Positions 1-12,588 of a stretch of DNA of 64,000 bases are shown here, piece after piece (within the stretch, counting starts at the first letter, position 1; each line of letters starts with the position of its first letter). The stretch lies in NCBI GenBank assembly GCA_951406725.2, contig OX597817.1:43400001-43464000 (forward strand), read 5' to 3'. Made by a program: the position numbers and the translations under genes. The DNA comes from Octopus vulgaris. Lineage: Eukaryota. Below the pieces are notes generated by a model that saw only the letters and a program-made list of their open reading frames with translations, had not been told where the DNA came from and did not search any database.

Positions 1-150
1 GTGGTTGGCATTAGGAAGGGCAGCCAGCTGTAGAAACTCTGCCAGATCAGATTGGAGCCTGGTGCAGCCATCTGGTTCACCAGTCCTCAGTCAAATCGTC
101 CAACCTATGCTAGCATGGAAAGCAGACATTAAACGAAGATGATGATGATG
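1..150 (+). mobile_element. 3' tail of RTE LINE (or RTE-partnered SINE) ending in (GAT)n
   Basis: ggcattaggaagggc...gctagcatggaaagcagacattaaacgaagatgatgatg; same family as the tail contiguous with RTE coding sequence at 59318-61016. Confidence 0.8.
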
Positions 151-460
151 AGACCCCCTTGATTACTATTTATAGCCATTTTGATGTTTAAAATTTAGCT
201 TTATAGATATTTCTTTCAAAATTCCTATTTTATTTTTCATGCATTCATTTGCATATTTTGAACTATGTAAAATGTTAGAGGAAGAAACTGAGCTGTTTCT
301 TGTAATTAATACATGTAAATCAAAACTTTTTTTACAGACCTTTAAAATACTACTGTGGATCCCCAATTTACTATCATGCTTGCATGGACCCTCAAAAATC
401 TTATATGGACCCTCAAGGATCATATGGACTCCAGTTGAAAACCACTAATCTAGAATCTTC

Positions 461-871
461 AGATCTTTTTGGTTTGAATAGCAGTTTTTAACATAATTTC
501 TAGGTAACTAAAAAATTTTAAACTTCGTATACTGGTAGAATTTGTTTATAAAACATCTTTTTCCCTTGGCTTTATTGAGAAAATTCTATAGTTTGTAAGA
601 TATTTGTTGTTTTTTTTCTTCAATTTCTGCAATTTCAACCAATCAATGACCGTCTATTGAGGTGAAAACATTCTGTGCCGTATGAATATGTCCCTCGTTT
701 AAGAAACAGATTGGGTTTATTTACATTTCTAAAAAAAAAAAGATACCCTTTCCCCCACCCCTAACCCTAAAACAGATTGAAATGCAATAGATTGATACTA
801 GGGTCATAATTATGGGTGACAATTTCATATGACACCGCTAGAAAAAACTGCCAATCAAACCAAAAAGATCC
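461..871. mobile_element. MITE with ~28-bp TIRs and 8-bp TSD (hAT or Merlin type)
   Basis: gatctttttggtttgaatagcagttttt at left pairs with aaaaactgccaatcaaaccaaaaagatc at right; gaatcttc duplicated at 453-460 and 872-879. Confidence 0.85.
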
Positions 872-1546
872 GAATCTTCTTCTGATGACCACTGGCTCTT
901 CAATTTCATATAATTATATCCTATTGACATACTATAACTCAGACTAGAAACACCCCAACATTGTATATCACTGATGTTAAAAAACAAAAAGCAAAAAGCT
1001 CAAACCCCTACCATATTACTATCGAGTCAACTAATTCAATGATGGTCTTTATTTATGGTTCCATCTGCTGCAGATTACAGTAGTTTATCTAAAGTTATGG
1101 CTCTCTTTCTTGTCAGCCTGTCAAAGATCTCGCTACAGATACACAAAAGGTACAGCTGAGTCGCTAACAGTTAATCAGTTGTAATGTAAATCACAGCAGA
1201 TATCAAACCAGTCAGTTTATTGTGATTGAAGGTAAATGTCAAAATAGTGGACCTTAATACTGATGAGACAGAACTAATGTTTCTTTCATCAAGAATGAAG
1301 AACATATTAAAAACAGTATGGTGAATAAATTCCTTGATGAGAGAAAAAAATAATTATAGTCAAGTAGAAAGATTTGAAAACATACCCGCCCCCCCCCCAA
1401 AAAAAAATGAAAAAAGGACTTCTAGGAATATATTTCGTATCTTTTATCTTTCATTTGTTTCAGTCACTGGAGTGTGGCCATGCTGGGGCACTGTCATGAA
1501 AGGTTTAGTTGAACAAATTGACTTGCATGTGAATTGAGGAATTTAG

Positions 1547-1846
1547 TTAAAAAGCACCATCCGAACGTGACTGATGCCAGCGCCACCTTGACTGGCTTCT
1601 GTGCTGGTGGCACGTAAAAAGCACCAACCGATTGTGGATGCTGCCAGACTCCCCTGGCACCTGTGCTGGTGGCATGTAAAAAGCACCCACTACACTCACG
1701 GAGTGGTTGTCGTTAGGAAGGGCATCCAGCTGTAGAAACACTACCAGATCAGACTGGTGTAGCCTCCTGGCTTCCCAGACCCCTTTCGAACCGTCCAACC
1801 CGTGCTAGCACGGAAAACGGACGTTAAATGATGATGATGATGATGA
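1547..1846 (+). mobile_element. RTE 3' tail copy with repeated GTGC-NNNNN-GCAC/TAAAAAGCACC units
   Basis: aaaaagcacc occurs three times, then ggaagggcatccagctgtagaaac and a (GAT)n tail. Confidence 0.85.
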
Positions 1847-1876
1847 AACTATGGAAACCTGTAAGTCTCTCTCTCT

Positions 1877-1915
<39 letters not shown>

Positions 1916-1979
1916 AGAGTAACCACATAGATGTGAAACAAGGTGGAAAAAATAGTACTCAAATACCAGAGGTAGAATA

Positions 1980-2140
1980 ATATGCTTTATTAATAAAGCT
2001 GCAAAGACATCACAAAAACTGTTACTCAGAGTTTGACATTTCCATTAGACAGCTCAACCAAAACTGTCTGACGAATAGGAACATGAAACTCTGAGTTACA
2101 GTTTTTATGATGTCTTTGCAGTTTTATTAATAAAGTATAT
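1980..2140. repeat. Fold-back palindrome between (TA)n tracts, probably Penelope-derived
   Basis: taataaagctgcaaagacatcacaaaaactgttactcagagttt inverted against aaactctgagttacagtttttatgatgtctttgcagttttatta; CTGACGA...GAAAC at 2068-2089. Confidence 0.75.
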
Positions 2141-2356
2141 ATATATATATATAAAATGAGTTTAAAAGGGATATATTATCCTGGTGGTTACCATATTTCT
2201 TCTCAAGTCAGTTTCAGATACCAGCTAACCACAATAGTCCATATGTAGTACTCAAGCTAACAATGAGTTGTTAGTCTCTGGTAACTTCTCTTGCTGGGTA
2301 ATTTCTTGTGTCCTGTTCAAGACTACAAGTTACTCTACAGTGTGTGCGCCTATATA

Positions 2357-2588
2357 TCATCATCATCATCATCATTTAGCATCCGTTTTCCATGCTAGCA
2401 TGGGTTGGACGGTTCAACTGGGGTCTGTGAAGCTGGAAGGCTTCATCAGGCCCAGTCAGATCTGGCAGTGTTTCTACGGCTGGATGCCCTTCCTAACGCC
2501 AACCACTCCGTGAGTGTAGTGGGTGCTTTTTACGTGCCACCCGCACAGGTGCCAGACAGAGCTGGCAAACAGCCACGAACGGATGGTG

Positions 2589-2592
<4 letters not shown>
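2357..2592 (-). mobile_element. RTE 3' tail copy
   Basis: (CAT)n followed by ttccatgctagcatgggttggacg...ggatgcccttcctaacgcc. Confidence 0.85.
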
Positions 2593-2632
<40 letters not shown>

Positions 2633-3518
2633 TTGTTAAGGTTATTTCTACAGATTTTCTACAGAAATTATAGCCATCACTTATAAAAGCATTTAATATA
2701 CTTTGTAGTACTGGAGTATATTATAGTTGCATAACGAAATATAGTGTCCCTACAAGTCATTAATAGGTGTGTATGTGTGTCTGTGTTTGTCCTCCACCAC
2801 CACCACTTGACAACCAGTGCTAATTTGTTTACATCCCTGTAACTTAGCTGTTCAGCAAAAGAGACTGATAAAATAAGTACCAGGCATAAAAAAAATAAGT
2901 AGAGGTTGATTTATTCAACGAAGACACCTCTGAGGCTATGGTCCGGCCTCACTTCAGTCCAGTGACTTAAACAAGTGAAAGAAACAAGATTAAAATTAAA
3001 GGGAAACATTAAAAAATGCTTGGTGTAACAACAAAAGATGGAAATGGAATTGAAAATGGAAATTTAAATGAAATATCAAAAGTTTTTATTCTTTCTTGAA
3101 GCAGTTTTACTACAGAATAGACACATTTTATTTATGCAACACATCACATGATGGATGACTTGTTAAGGGGAGATATCTGTTTCTACTACTACTACTATTA
3201 TTATTATTATTATTGTTATTATTATTATTATTATTGTTATTATTATTATGCTGTATTTGCTATTCCAGTAGAGAAAATTGATTGAAATTCTCCAGCACCA
3301 TCACCCCTATTTAACTACATACAATGTGAGGTGGGGGTGGAATCTGTGTCAAAGTACTTTGGATGCTATGACAAATACTGGTGTCACAAGACACATGTTA
3401 TGTAAGTCATGTGTCATGAGAGACGGGACGGTAGCGTGCACTCCCTGAAAAGGTCAATGCTTTACATAGTCATGCATGCTTGCTATATACACACAAGCAC
3501 ATACACAGACAGACACAG

Positions 3519-3552
<34 letters not shown>

Positions 3553-3821
3553 TTATATACATGCACATACAAATATAAAGCAACAAGGGAGTTTCTATGT
3601 TTTTACATGCCTTGCTAGAAACAGCAGCTAAGTCTTCCTCAATTTCCATCATACCATCTAGGAAGGAGACGATAGTCATGGCTGAGACATCTTTCATTGT
3701 AGGCCTACTTGACTGGAGCTGACCAAGGTCAAAATAACAAGGACAACAGTAGTAGCAACAACATATGCATATATTAATACACATGTGAATCAATGAAATA
3801 AGCTTTTATGCTTGTCATATA

Positions 3822-4100
3822 TCATCCAGTGATGTACCTGGACATATCATTGGTTATATTTCCTGGGGTCATTAAATATTTCAGGTTTTCAGCATCAGTC
3901 ACCCTCACCCAGGCAACCTGTCTGGGGTTGATTAAACTCAAACTTGTGTCCAGCTTGTACTGATCCTTATAGAGTTTGTGCCTCCAGATCCAGAGCCACC
4001 TTAAAATAACCTCTGCATCTTCCACAGCCAATCTGATGGCCTTCCATTTACTGTTTCCATGTAATGCCAAGCATATTTTAAGCACTACGGAGGGACTGAC
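3822..4100 (-). mobile_element. 3' end of Hero-type (R2-group) non-LTR retrotransposon, decayed
   Basis: KWKAIRLAVEDAEVILRWLWIWR resembles the Hero C-terminal AI...AE.ASRWLW..R motif; 3' UTR gcctgggtgagggtg..ctgatg...atgaccccagg...gatatgtcc recalled as Hero-like. Confidence 0.65.
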
Positions 4101-4127
4101 CTGAAAACCTCCTGATGGATCTGAGAT

Positions 4128-4680
4128 CCGACGCACCACCATAGTACGGATCTACCAAGCACTAGTTTGAACGATTCTCCTTTACGGCAGCGAGTCATGG
4201 CCGATGAGGGTGGAAGATATTAAGTAACTAGAATCCATCAATCACCTCTGTCTAAGCCGCATCCTTTGTGTCCGATGGCATCACTTTGTCTCCAACAATT
4301 CGGTGCAACACTAGTGCAAAGTCACCTCCCTCCGACAAGTCATCCTAACGAGACGTCTGCATTGGCTGAGTCATGCCCTCCGTCGTCAACCAGGAGGATT
4401 CATCTACGAAGCAATTTCCCCAGCTCCCTTTCAGGGTTGGCGAAAGTGATGTGGACAACAAAAAACCTGGCTGATGACAGTCAAAGCTGATCTGGAACCC
4501 AACCTAGGCCCCCATATCTACGATGTTCACTGCTGGAATAAGGAGTGCTTGGAGATCATGCGGCCGTTAGCCTCAAATCGCCAGGTCTGGTCAGCATTTG
4601 TGAGTGATGCAACATTGAGGATGAATGAAGCCAGCTCAACCTGCCCTGGATGAATGCTGTCTCAAGACAAGAAGACAAGA
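4128..4680 (+). mobile_element. 5'-truncated RTE-clade LINE, decayed RT C-terminus
   Basis: Hand translation IVRIYQALV*TILLYGSESWPMRVED...LSRILCVRWHHFVSN...RRLHWLSHALRR; ends in caagacaagaagacaag. Confidence 0.85.
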
Positions 4681-5520
4681 TGGGATCACGCCTTGAGAGG
4701 ATAATACCTTGATGAGATCACACCTTGCTTATCACCCATTGCTTTGGCATAGCCCCAACAGATCTACATATTTTCTTACTCTCATTTGTCTCCTTCGCGC
4801 AGTCTTCCTAGACAAATCCTGGAGCTTTTAGAAGAAAACTCAATGACGGCAGATAATATTGATTTCAAATTTTAGCATGAGGCTGGCAATTTGGGGGGAA
4901 AGTCAAATACATGAACCCCAGTGTTGAACTGGTACTTATTTTATTGAAACCCTCCACCCCACCAAGGATGAAATGTTGAGTCAACATCAGTAGAATTTGA
5001 ACTCAGAATGTTAAGATGGATGAAATGCTGCAAAGCATCTTGCCCAGTGTGCTCATGATTCTGCCAGCTTGCTACTCTACTGACAACAGATAATATTATC
5101 TGTAGGAAGAAAGTTAGCTTCGGGCAATCTGTAGTGGATATAAAAAAAAAACAACTTTCAGGAACAATAGTGGTTTGTTGAGATGGAAGGTTGCGGATTT
5201 CTTTACTTTTATCGAAGAACGATGAGCTGGTGCCATGTAAACAGAACCAGTGCTAGTGCCACATAAAAAGCATCCAGTGCACTCTGTAAAGTGATTGGTG
5301 TTAGGAAGGGCATCCAGCTATAGAAATCATGTGAAAGCAGACAATAGGATCTGGTGCAGCTCCCTGGCTTGCTGTCCGTCAATGAATGCAGTAGTACAAT
5401 ATTCCCCTGCAAACATTGAGCACTAAATCTATTCTCGAAATACAAATAATTACAACTCCACCCTGTTCTTGTCTCCCTATAACTCCCATATATTCTTTTT
5501 CCCACTCATCCACCCTCAAT

Positions 5521-5632
5521 ACCTCATCCCATATCTTCCTGGGTCTACCTCTACCCCGGATTCCTTCAACAGTTTGGGAGTGGCACTTCTTCACACATCT
5601 TTCCTCATCCATCTGTAGTACATGACCATACC
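5521..5632 (-). mobile_element. RTE LINE internal fragment
   Basis: Encodes DEERCVKKCHSQTVEGIRGRGRPRKIWDEV; nearly identical to 59944-60055. Confidence 0.85.
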
Positions 5633-5860
5633 TATTTCTTTACTACCCACAAGGAGCTAAACACAGAGGGGACAAACAAGGACAGACAAATGGATTAAGT
5701 CGATTATATCGACTCCAATGTGTAACTGGTTCTTATTTAATCGACCCCAAAAGGATGACAGGCAAAGTCGACCTTGGCGGAATTTGAACTCAGAATGTAA
5801 TGGCAGGCAAGATACGGCTATGCATTTCGCCCGGCATGCTAATGTTTCTGCAAGCTCGCT
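5633..5860 (-). mobile_element. tRNA-derived SINE family A (Meta-like central domain)
   Basis: B-box-like gagttcaaattcc and gcc(t)tcatccttt-ggggtcgat core on minus strand; 3' end gtagtaaagaaata. Confidence 0.85.
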
Positions 5861-5869
5861 GTATTAAAC

Positions 5870-6560
5870 CAGCAATATTTTTTCTCCCCTTTTAATTCCT
5901 AAATTGTCAATTACAATTTTCTATCCATATTTTTATTTACTACTTAAAATATTCTTCTCTCCCCACTCCTATCCGTAAATATACAAATACATATGCCTAC
6001 ATACACCTTCACTACATTAATTATCTTTTTTTTCTTGTACCAATTTACGCCTTTTGACCATAAAAATCACTAGCTTAAACTCCCTGCCCTACCTTGCTTT
6101 ATTCATATATATTTTCTTTTGTCCCCCATGACCAAAACTATTTCTCCCCCTCCCCCTCCATTTTATGATCTCTTCAAATGTCAATCTCACTATTGAATTC
6201 CATGATTAAGCTAAAAATACTATTTTGTCTATCACGCCCCCCCCCACCACCAGTCCAATTCTTCCTTTCTCTCACTCCACTATATTTTATTTCATTTCAT
6301 GAATGTATTTTTCTTTCTCTTCTTTCTTTCCTTCTTCTTTTACTTATTTCTCCCCTCATTCATATATCCCTCACATACTGTGCCTCCTACACATTCTGAT
6401 TGAATCTTTGCATCAACATGTATCTCCTTGTGACAATGTAGCCTTTAATCTAATCATGATATCCTTGACCTGAAGAGTAGCCAGTGGTATGCACCTCACT
6501 TGGATTTCCACTCACTAAGAAACATATGTAGCCCAGATTTCCCATACTCCATTCTGTAAC
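5870..6560 (+). mobile_element. Probable Penelope-like 3' remnant with hammerhead motif
   Basis: Pyrimidine-rich tract then CTGAAGA(6470)...GAAACATATGTA(6519-6530). Confidence 0.5.
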
Positions 6561-7235
6561 TCTTGTGTGTATATATATATATATATATATCATCATCCTC
6601 ATCATCGTTTAACGTCTACTTTCCATGCTAGCATGGGTTGGACGTATGATTAAGGGCTGTCGAATCAGATGGTTGCACCAGGCTTCAATCTTGATCTGGC
6701 AGAGTTTCTACATCTGAATGCCCTTCCTCACGCCAACCACTCCGAGAGTGTAGTGGGTGCTTTTACGTGCCACCAGCATGGGGCCAGTCAGGCGGTACTG
6801 GCAACGACCGACCCCAGAACTTATTCTTTGAAAGCCTAGTACTTATTCTATTGGTCTCTTTTGCAGAACCACTAAGTTACGGGGATGTAAAAACATCAAC
6901 ATCAGTTGTCAAGTGATGGAGGGGGGGGGGCAAACACAGACACACAAAACATACATACATATATATATATATAAATATATATACACACACAACGGGCTTC
7001 TTTCAGTTTCTCTCTACTAAACCCACTCACAAGGCTTTTATATATATATATTTATTTATATATATATAATATAAACAATTTATAAATGGTTATATGCTGG
7101 CCATTGATAAAATTTTTTTCGAGAAAATATTTTTTTTCGAAAAGAATTTTATCCTCACATTTGAGATATATATATATATATATATAAGAGAAAGAGAATA
7201 TATCTCAAAAGAGAATATATATATATATATTCTCT

Positions 7236-7628
7236 TTTTACTCTTACTTGTTTCAGTCATTTGACTGTGGCCATGCTGGAGCACCACCTTTAGTTGAGCA
7301 AATCAACCCCAAGACTTATTCTTTGTAAGCCTAGTACTTATTCTATCGATCACTTTTGCTGAACTGCTAAGTTACAGGGACGTAAACACACCAACATCGG
7401 TTGTCAAGCAATGATGGGGGGACAAACACAGACACACAAACACACACACATATATATACATGTACATATGTACGATGGGCTTCTTTCAGTTTCCATCTAG
7501 CAAATCCACTCACAAGGCTTTGGTCGGCCCGAGGCTATAGTAGAAGACACTTGCCCAAGGTGCCATGCAGTGGGACCGAACCTGGAACCATGTGGTTGGT
7601 AAGCAAGCTACTTACCACACAGCCACTC
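7236..7628 (-). mobile_element. tRNA-derived SINE family B (CORE-like, internal TA/TG microsatellite)
   Basis: Reverse complement of gtggctgtgtggtaag...ggttcggtcccactg...caccttgggcaagtgtctt...gactgaaacaagtaa. Confidence 0.9.
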
Positions 7629-7760
7629 ATATATATATATATATATATATATGTAGGTCCCGGGTTGATTCGGGGTTAACCACAGTAAATAAGGTACTCA
7701 ATATGAATAAGGTACTCTTGAATGAAACAGTTCTAGTCCTGTAGAAGCTCCTTCTATATA

Positions 7761-7842
<82 letters not shown>

Positions 7843-8409
7843 CTTCTATTTTTTACTAGTTTCAGTTATTTGATTGTGGTCATGCTGAAGTACAACCTTG
7901 AACAGTTTTTAGTTGAACGGATCGACCCCAATACTTTTGCTTAAGGCTAGGTACTTATTCTATCCATCTCCCTTTTGCCAAACTGCTAAGTTACGGGAGA
8001 TGTAAACAGATCAACACTAGTTGTCAAGCAGTGGTGGAGGACAAACACCACACACACACACACACACACTGATTATATATGATTTCTTTCAGTTTCTGTC
8101 TATCAAATCCTCTCACACAGCTTTGGTCGGCCAAAGGTTACAGAAGAAGACACTTGCCGAAAGTGTCATTGATTTTTTTTATGTTGGCATCCAGCTACAG
8201 AAAAGTCTTTCAGTTCATACCAACAACAGAAAATTAAATGTATGGTTGATGAATGACATTGATGATGATGAATTCTTATGCAATTCCAGTGTTGTTGAAG
8301 TCAAAAGCATAAATTTACAACAAAATGAATAAAGCAAAAATCAGAATAAAGAACACTCTTCCCGCAAATATACAAAGAGAAGTAAATAAATGCAAATTTA
8401 GGATGTGTA

Positions 8410-8530
8410 CCATGTTTTCGGCAGGGGTAAAGAATACGAACACCACCTGTTTTCGGCATAACCCTAACCCTAAAACTAACCCTAAAGCCTAAACACCGGG
8501 TGTGCATATTCTTTATCTTCACCAGGTTTT
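8410..8530. mobile_element. Short TIR element with internal CCCTAA repeats
   Basis: ggggtaaagaatacgaacacc pairs imperfectly with ggtgtgcatattctttatctt; aaccctaaccctaa in the middle. Confidence 0.55.
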
Positions 8531-8664
8531 CATTAGGGAATTATTGATCCTACTAATTCATTTCTTTATCCTCAGATAAACTTCTAAAGCATACTTCAAA
8601 ACTGATGCTTAAGTAAATCAATTGGGTAAAAAGAAAAAGAAAGAAAAAGATCACTTTTATTGGG

Positions 8665-8839
8665 AAGTTGTGGCTGTGTGGTAAGTAGCTTGCTTATAAA
8701 CCACATGGTTCCAGGTTCAGTCCCACTGTGTGGCACCTTGGGCATGTGTCTTCTACTATAGCCTCGGTCCAACTAAAGCCTTGTGAGTGGATTTGGTAGA
8801 CGTAAACTGAAAGAAGCCTGTTGTATATATATATGTATG

Positions 8840-8870
<31 letters not shown>

Positions 8871-9055
8871 TTCTGTCCCCCCAACATCACTTGACAACTG
8901 ATGCTGGTGTGTTTACGTCATCGTAACTTAGCAGTTCGGAAAAAGAGACCGATTGAATAAGTACTAGGCTTACAAGGAATAAGTCCTGGGGTCGGTTTGT
9001 TCGACTAAAGGCGGTACTCCAGCATGACCACAGTCAAATGACTGAAACAAGAAAA
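8665..9055 (+). mobile_element. SINE family B, full length
   Basis: tRNA-like head, accttgggcatgtgtctt CORE-like block, tail gactgaaacaag. Confidence 0.9.
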
Positions 9056-9699
9056 AGGAAAAAAAATGTCTAGTGTAACAAATAAATCCATTTTCTTGTT
9101 TAGAAGAAAGGGAAAGAGAGAGAAAGTAAAGGTGTGAGTAAGAACGCACTAACCCACTTGTGTTGCTCCCCACCACCTAACTGGTATATTTAATGCAAAC
9201 TTTTGTAGTTGAGACCATGCTGGAGTACTGAAAATAACAATCCAGTTTTCTGTGGTAGTTTTATTGTAGCTAAATGACGTGTGTTACTCCACAAAGAAAG
9301 AACAAGCTATTGAAGGCTGAAGTATTTTTAGACCTTGATAAAGCAACCAGCCTTTATAATCTAAATATGACAATCTGAACACAAATAAAACAGGCTAGAG
9401 GAAAGTTTTTAAAAACCTAGCAAATACAGAGTGGCAAATAAAACAACAATGTTAAATTCTCATTGATTTTGTTTACCGATTCAGGATTTGTTTGCAAAGC
9501 AAGTAACAAAAAAAATTTTTTTTTTTTTTCGGACATGGTTGTGTGCTTAAGAAGGTCACTTTGCAATCATGTGTTTTTGTATTCCCTCCCACTGTACAGC
9601 ATCTTGAGCAAGTGTCTGCTACTATAGCACTGGACTGACCAATGCCTTGTGAGTGAATTTGTTAGATAAAAACTGTGTGGAATCCCATCCTCTACATAC

Positions 9700-10092
9700 A
9701 AATTTATATACATATACACATATATACACACACATACATACACACACATATATACATACATACACACACATATATACATACATATACACACACATACATA
9801 CATACATATACACACACATACATACACACACATATACATACATACACACATACATACATACATACACACATACATATACACATACACACATATATACACA
9901 CATACACACATACATACACACATACACACATATATACATACATACACACATATATACATACATACACACATATACACATACATACATATACACATACATA
10001 CACACATATACATACGCACATATACATACACACAAACACATACACACAAACACACACACAAACACATACACACAAACACACACATACACACA
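9700..10092. repeat. Compound (CA)/(TA)/(CATA) microsatellite
   Basis: Directly visible; source of several spurious ORFs. Confidence 0.95.
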
Positions 10093-10443
10093 TCACCCTC
10101 ACTGATTCTCCCCACCCTCTGGCCCACTTGCCATCACCACCATTATCTCTCTCACTCTCCCCTTCTTCCACTTGAGACAGCCATGTTTCCTCTTGAGTGC
10201 ATAACTCCTTTCTCTATCCCTCAATACTACTCCCACTCCTCACTTGAGGGGTTTTGCCTTGCAACAAACTTGGTAATCCCATTTCTTCTGGTGCCACATA
10301 AAAAGTACCCAGTACATTCCAAAAAGTGGTCAGTGTTAGGAAGGGCATCCAGCCATAGAAACCAAGCCAAAGAAGACAGCAGGGATTAGTGCGGTCAAAT
10401 GGACTAGCCAATTCCTGTGGAACAATTTAAGCCAAGCCAGCAA
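10020..10443 (+). repeat. Local direct duplication, copy 1 (copy 2 at 11880-12288)
   Basis: catcaccctcact...tttaagccaagccagca nearly identical in both copies. Confidence 0.9.
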
Positions 10444-10924
10444 GAGAAACAGATGTTAAATGGTTTGTCATGGTCATCATCATTTAATGTCTGCTGTCCA
10501 TGTTGGCATGGGTTGGATGGGTGAACTAGAACTGGTAAGCTGGAGAGCTGCTCCAGGTTCCAATCTGATTTGGCACAGTTTCTATGGCTGGATGCCCTTC
10601 CTAACTGTATCCGTGTGTGTGTGTGTGTGAAAATACTTGCCCTGTGTTGTGGGATTGAAACAAAAGTCATTTAGCCCCAAAGCAAACTTTCTAACAATAT
10701 AACGTGTGTGTGTGATATAAACATATACTATACTAAATAGGGAAGAAAATAAATTTATCAATAAATATTTGCTATTAGATATTATATATACCAGTATGAG
10801 ACAGTACAGAGCAACAGGCTTCCTGAGATAACAAAATCATATCCTTGTAACTTGTCTACCAGGAAAGTGCTTTACTGATTATTTTACAAACTATTTTAAC
10901 TTTCTCCATCCATTTCACCACCCA

Positions 10925-11130
10925 TTATTCTTCAAAGGGTCATGGGGGCAGAATCTGTAGGCACATCTTCCATAGGGTCCTATCAAAAGCAACTGTCATT
11001 ACACTATCCTGCTGGATTTCCAAACATGAGCAAATGAGACTATGGATGTCATTCAACCACTTGATCTTTGTCAACTGCTAGATCTCTTGCTTGTTGGTTC
11101 AATTTGAAGAATCTGTTTGAAATCCTTTCC
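10925..11130 (-). mobile_element. Old RTE-type LINE 3' coding remnant
   Basis: Frameshifted KQILQIEPTSKRS / KWLNDIHSLICSCLEIQQDSVMTVAFDRTLWKMCLQILPP. Confidence 0.6.
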
Positions 11131-11256
11131 ATTTAACTTTCTCTCCTATCAAATTAAGTTCAATAAACAGTTTCTGCTATTTTATCTGGCATGTGGTATG
11201 TTATAAATGCAAATTCTGCTATCCAATTTACATAAGCTCTTAGTAATAATGAATTT

Positions 11257-11725
11257 CATCATCATCATCGTTGTGTAATGTCTGCTTTCCATACTAGCAT
11301 GCGTTGGCTGATTTGACTGAGGTCTGGTGAGCCAGATGACTGCACCAGACTTCAATCTGATCTGGCAGAGTTTCTACAGCTGGATGCCCTTCCTAGTGCC
11401 AACCACTCCGAGAGTATAGTGGGTGTTTTTACATGCCACTGGCACGAGGGCCAGTCAAGCGGTACTGGCAACGGCTACACTCAAATGGTGCTTTTTATGT
11501 GCCACCTGCACAGGAGCCAGTTCAGCGGCACTGGCAACAACCTTGCTTGAATGTTTTTTCACATGCCATCAGCACAAGTGCCAATAAGGCGATGCAGGTA
11601 TTGATCATGCTGGAATGGTTTCTTTTACGTGCCACTGGCATGGAGGCCAGTTTGTTGTTCTGGCAATGATCACGCTCATATGGTACTCTTAGCGCTCCAC
11701 CAGCACAGATGCCAGTCATCGAATT
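11257..11725 (-). mobile_element. RTE 3' tail copy with about five stem-loop repeat units
   Basis: (CAT)n start; repeated gctttttacgtgccac-ggcac-like units at 11425-11705. Confidence 0.8.
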
Positions 11726-12536
11726 TATAAGCAATATTTTGTGGATAGATAAAGAGGGTACTCAGATGCTGATGAAATGCCAACACAAGATTGAAACTAA
11801 GCCCAGCCGATCCCTCTTTTTTTTTTGTCCACAAAGACACCGTATGTGCATAAGATGATTACATACATACTCACACATACATACACACGCACACATACAC
11901 ACAAACACACACACAAACACATACATACACACACACATCACCCTCACTAATTCTCCCCACCCTCTGGCCCACTTGCCATCACCACCATTATCTCTCTCAC
12001 TCTCCCCTTCTTCCACTTGAGGCAGCCATGTTTCCTCTTGAGTGCATAACTCCTTTCTCTATCCCTCAATACTACTCCCACTCCTCACTTGAGGGGCTTT
12101 GTCTTGCAACAAACTTGGTAACCCCATTGCTGCTGGTGCCACATAAAAAGTACCCAGTACATTCCAAAAAGTGGTCAGTGTTAGGAAGGGCATCCAGCCA
12201 TAGAAACCAAGCCAAAGAAGACAGCAGGGATTAGTGTGGTCAAATGGACTAGCCAATTCCTGTGGAACAATTTAAGCCAAGCCAGCAGTGTTGGCCAAAA
12301 AATATAAACATGTTCTATAGTATACTATAGCATGTAGTATGATTTCTCCCAACAGGTCAGTTGCTCTTTTATATTGCGTTCATATTGGTGCTTAAATATG
12401 TTTTTTTTCTCCATTTCAATTCTATGAAAAAAAAATGAATATTTAGTTTGAAGACCAATTTAATAGAGTGACGATCTATGACTTCAATTTTCTGTATGAT
12501 GATGTGATTACACAAAGCTATGTTATAAAAGTATGA

Positions 12537-12588
<52 letters not shown>

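Noticed and set aside
9567-10175. 150-186 aa ORFs rich in YI/CV/HT (also near 25400, 31050, 45600, 55430, 58700)
   Set aside because: Translations of stop-free microsatellites; no coding signal.
11425-11705. Repeat-spacer layout resembling CRISPR
   Set aside because: Part of a retroelement 3' UTR in eukaryotic DNA; degenerate repeats and no cas genes.
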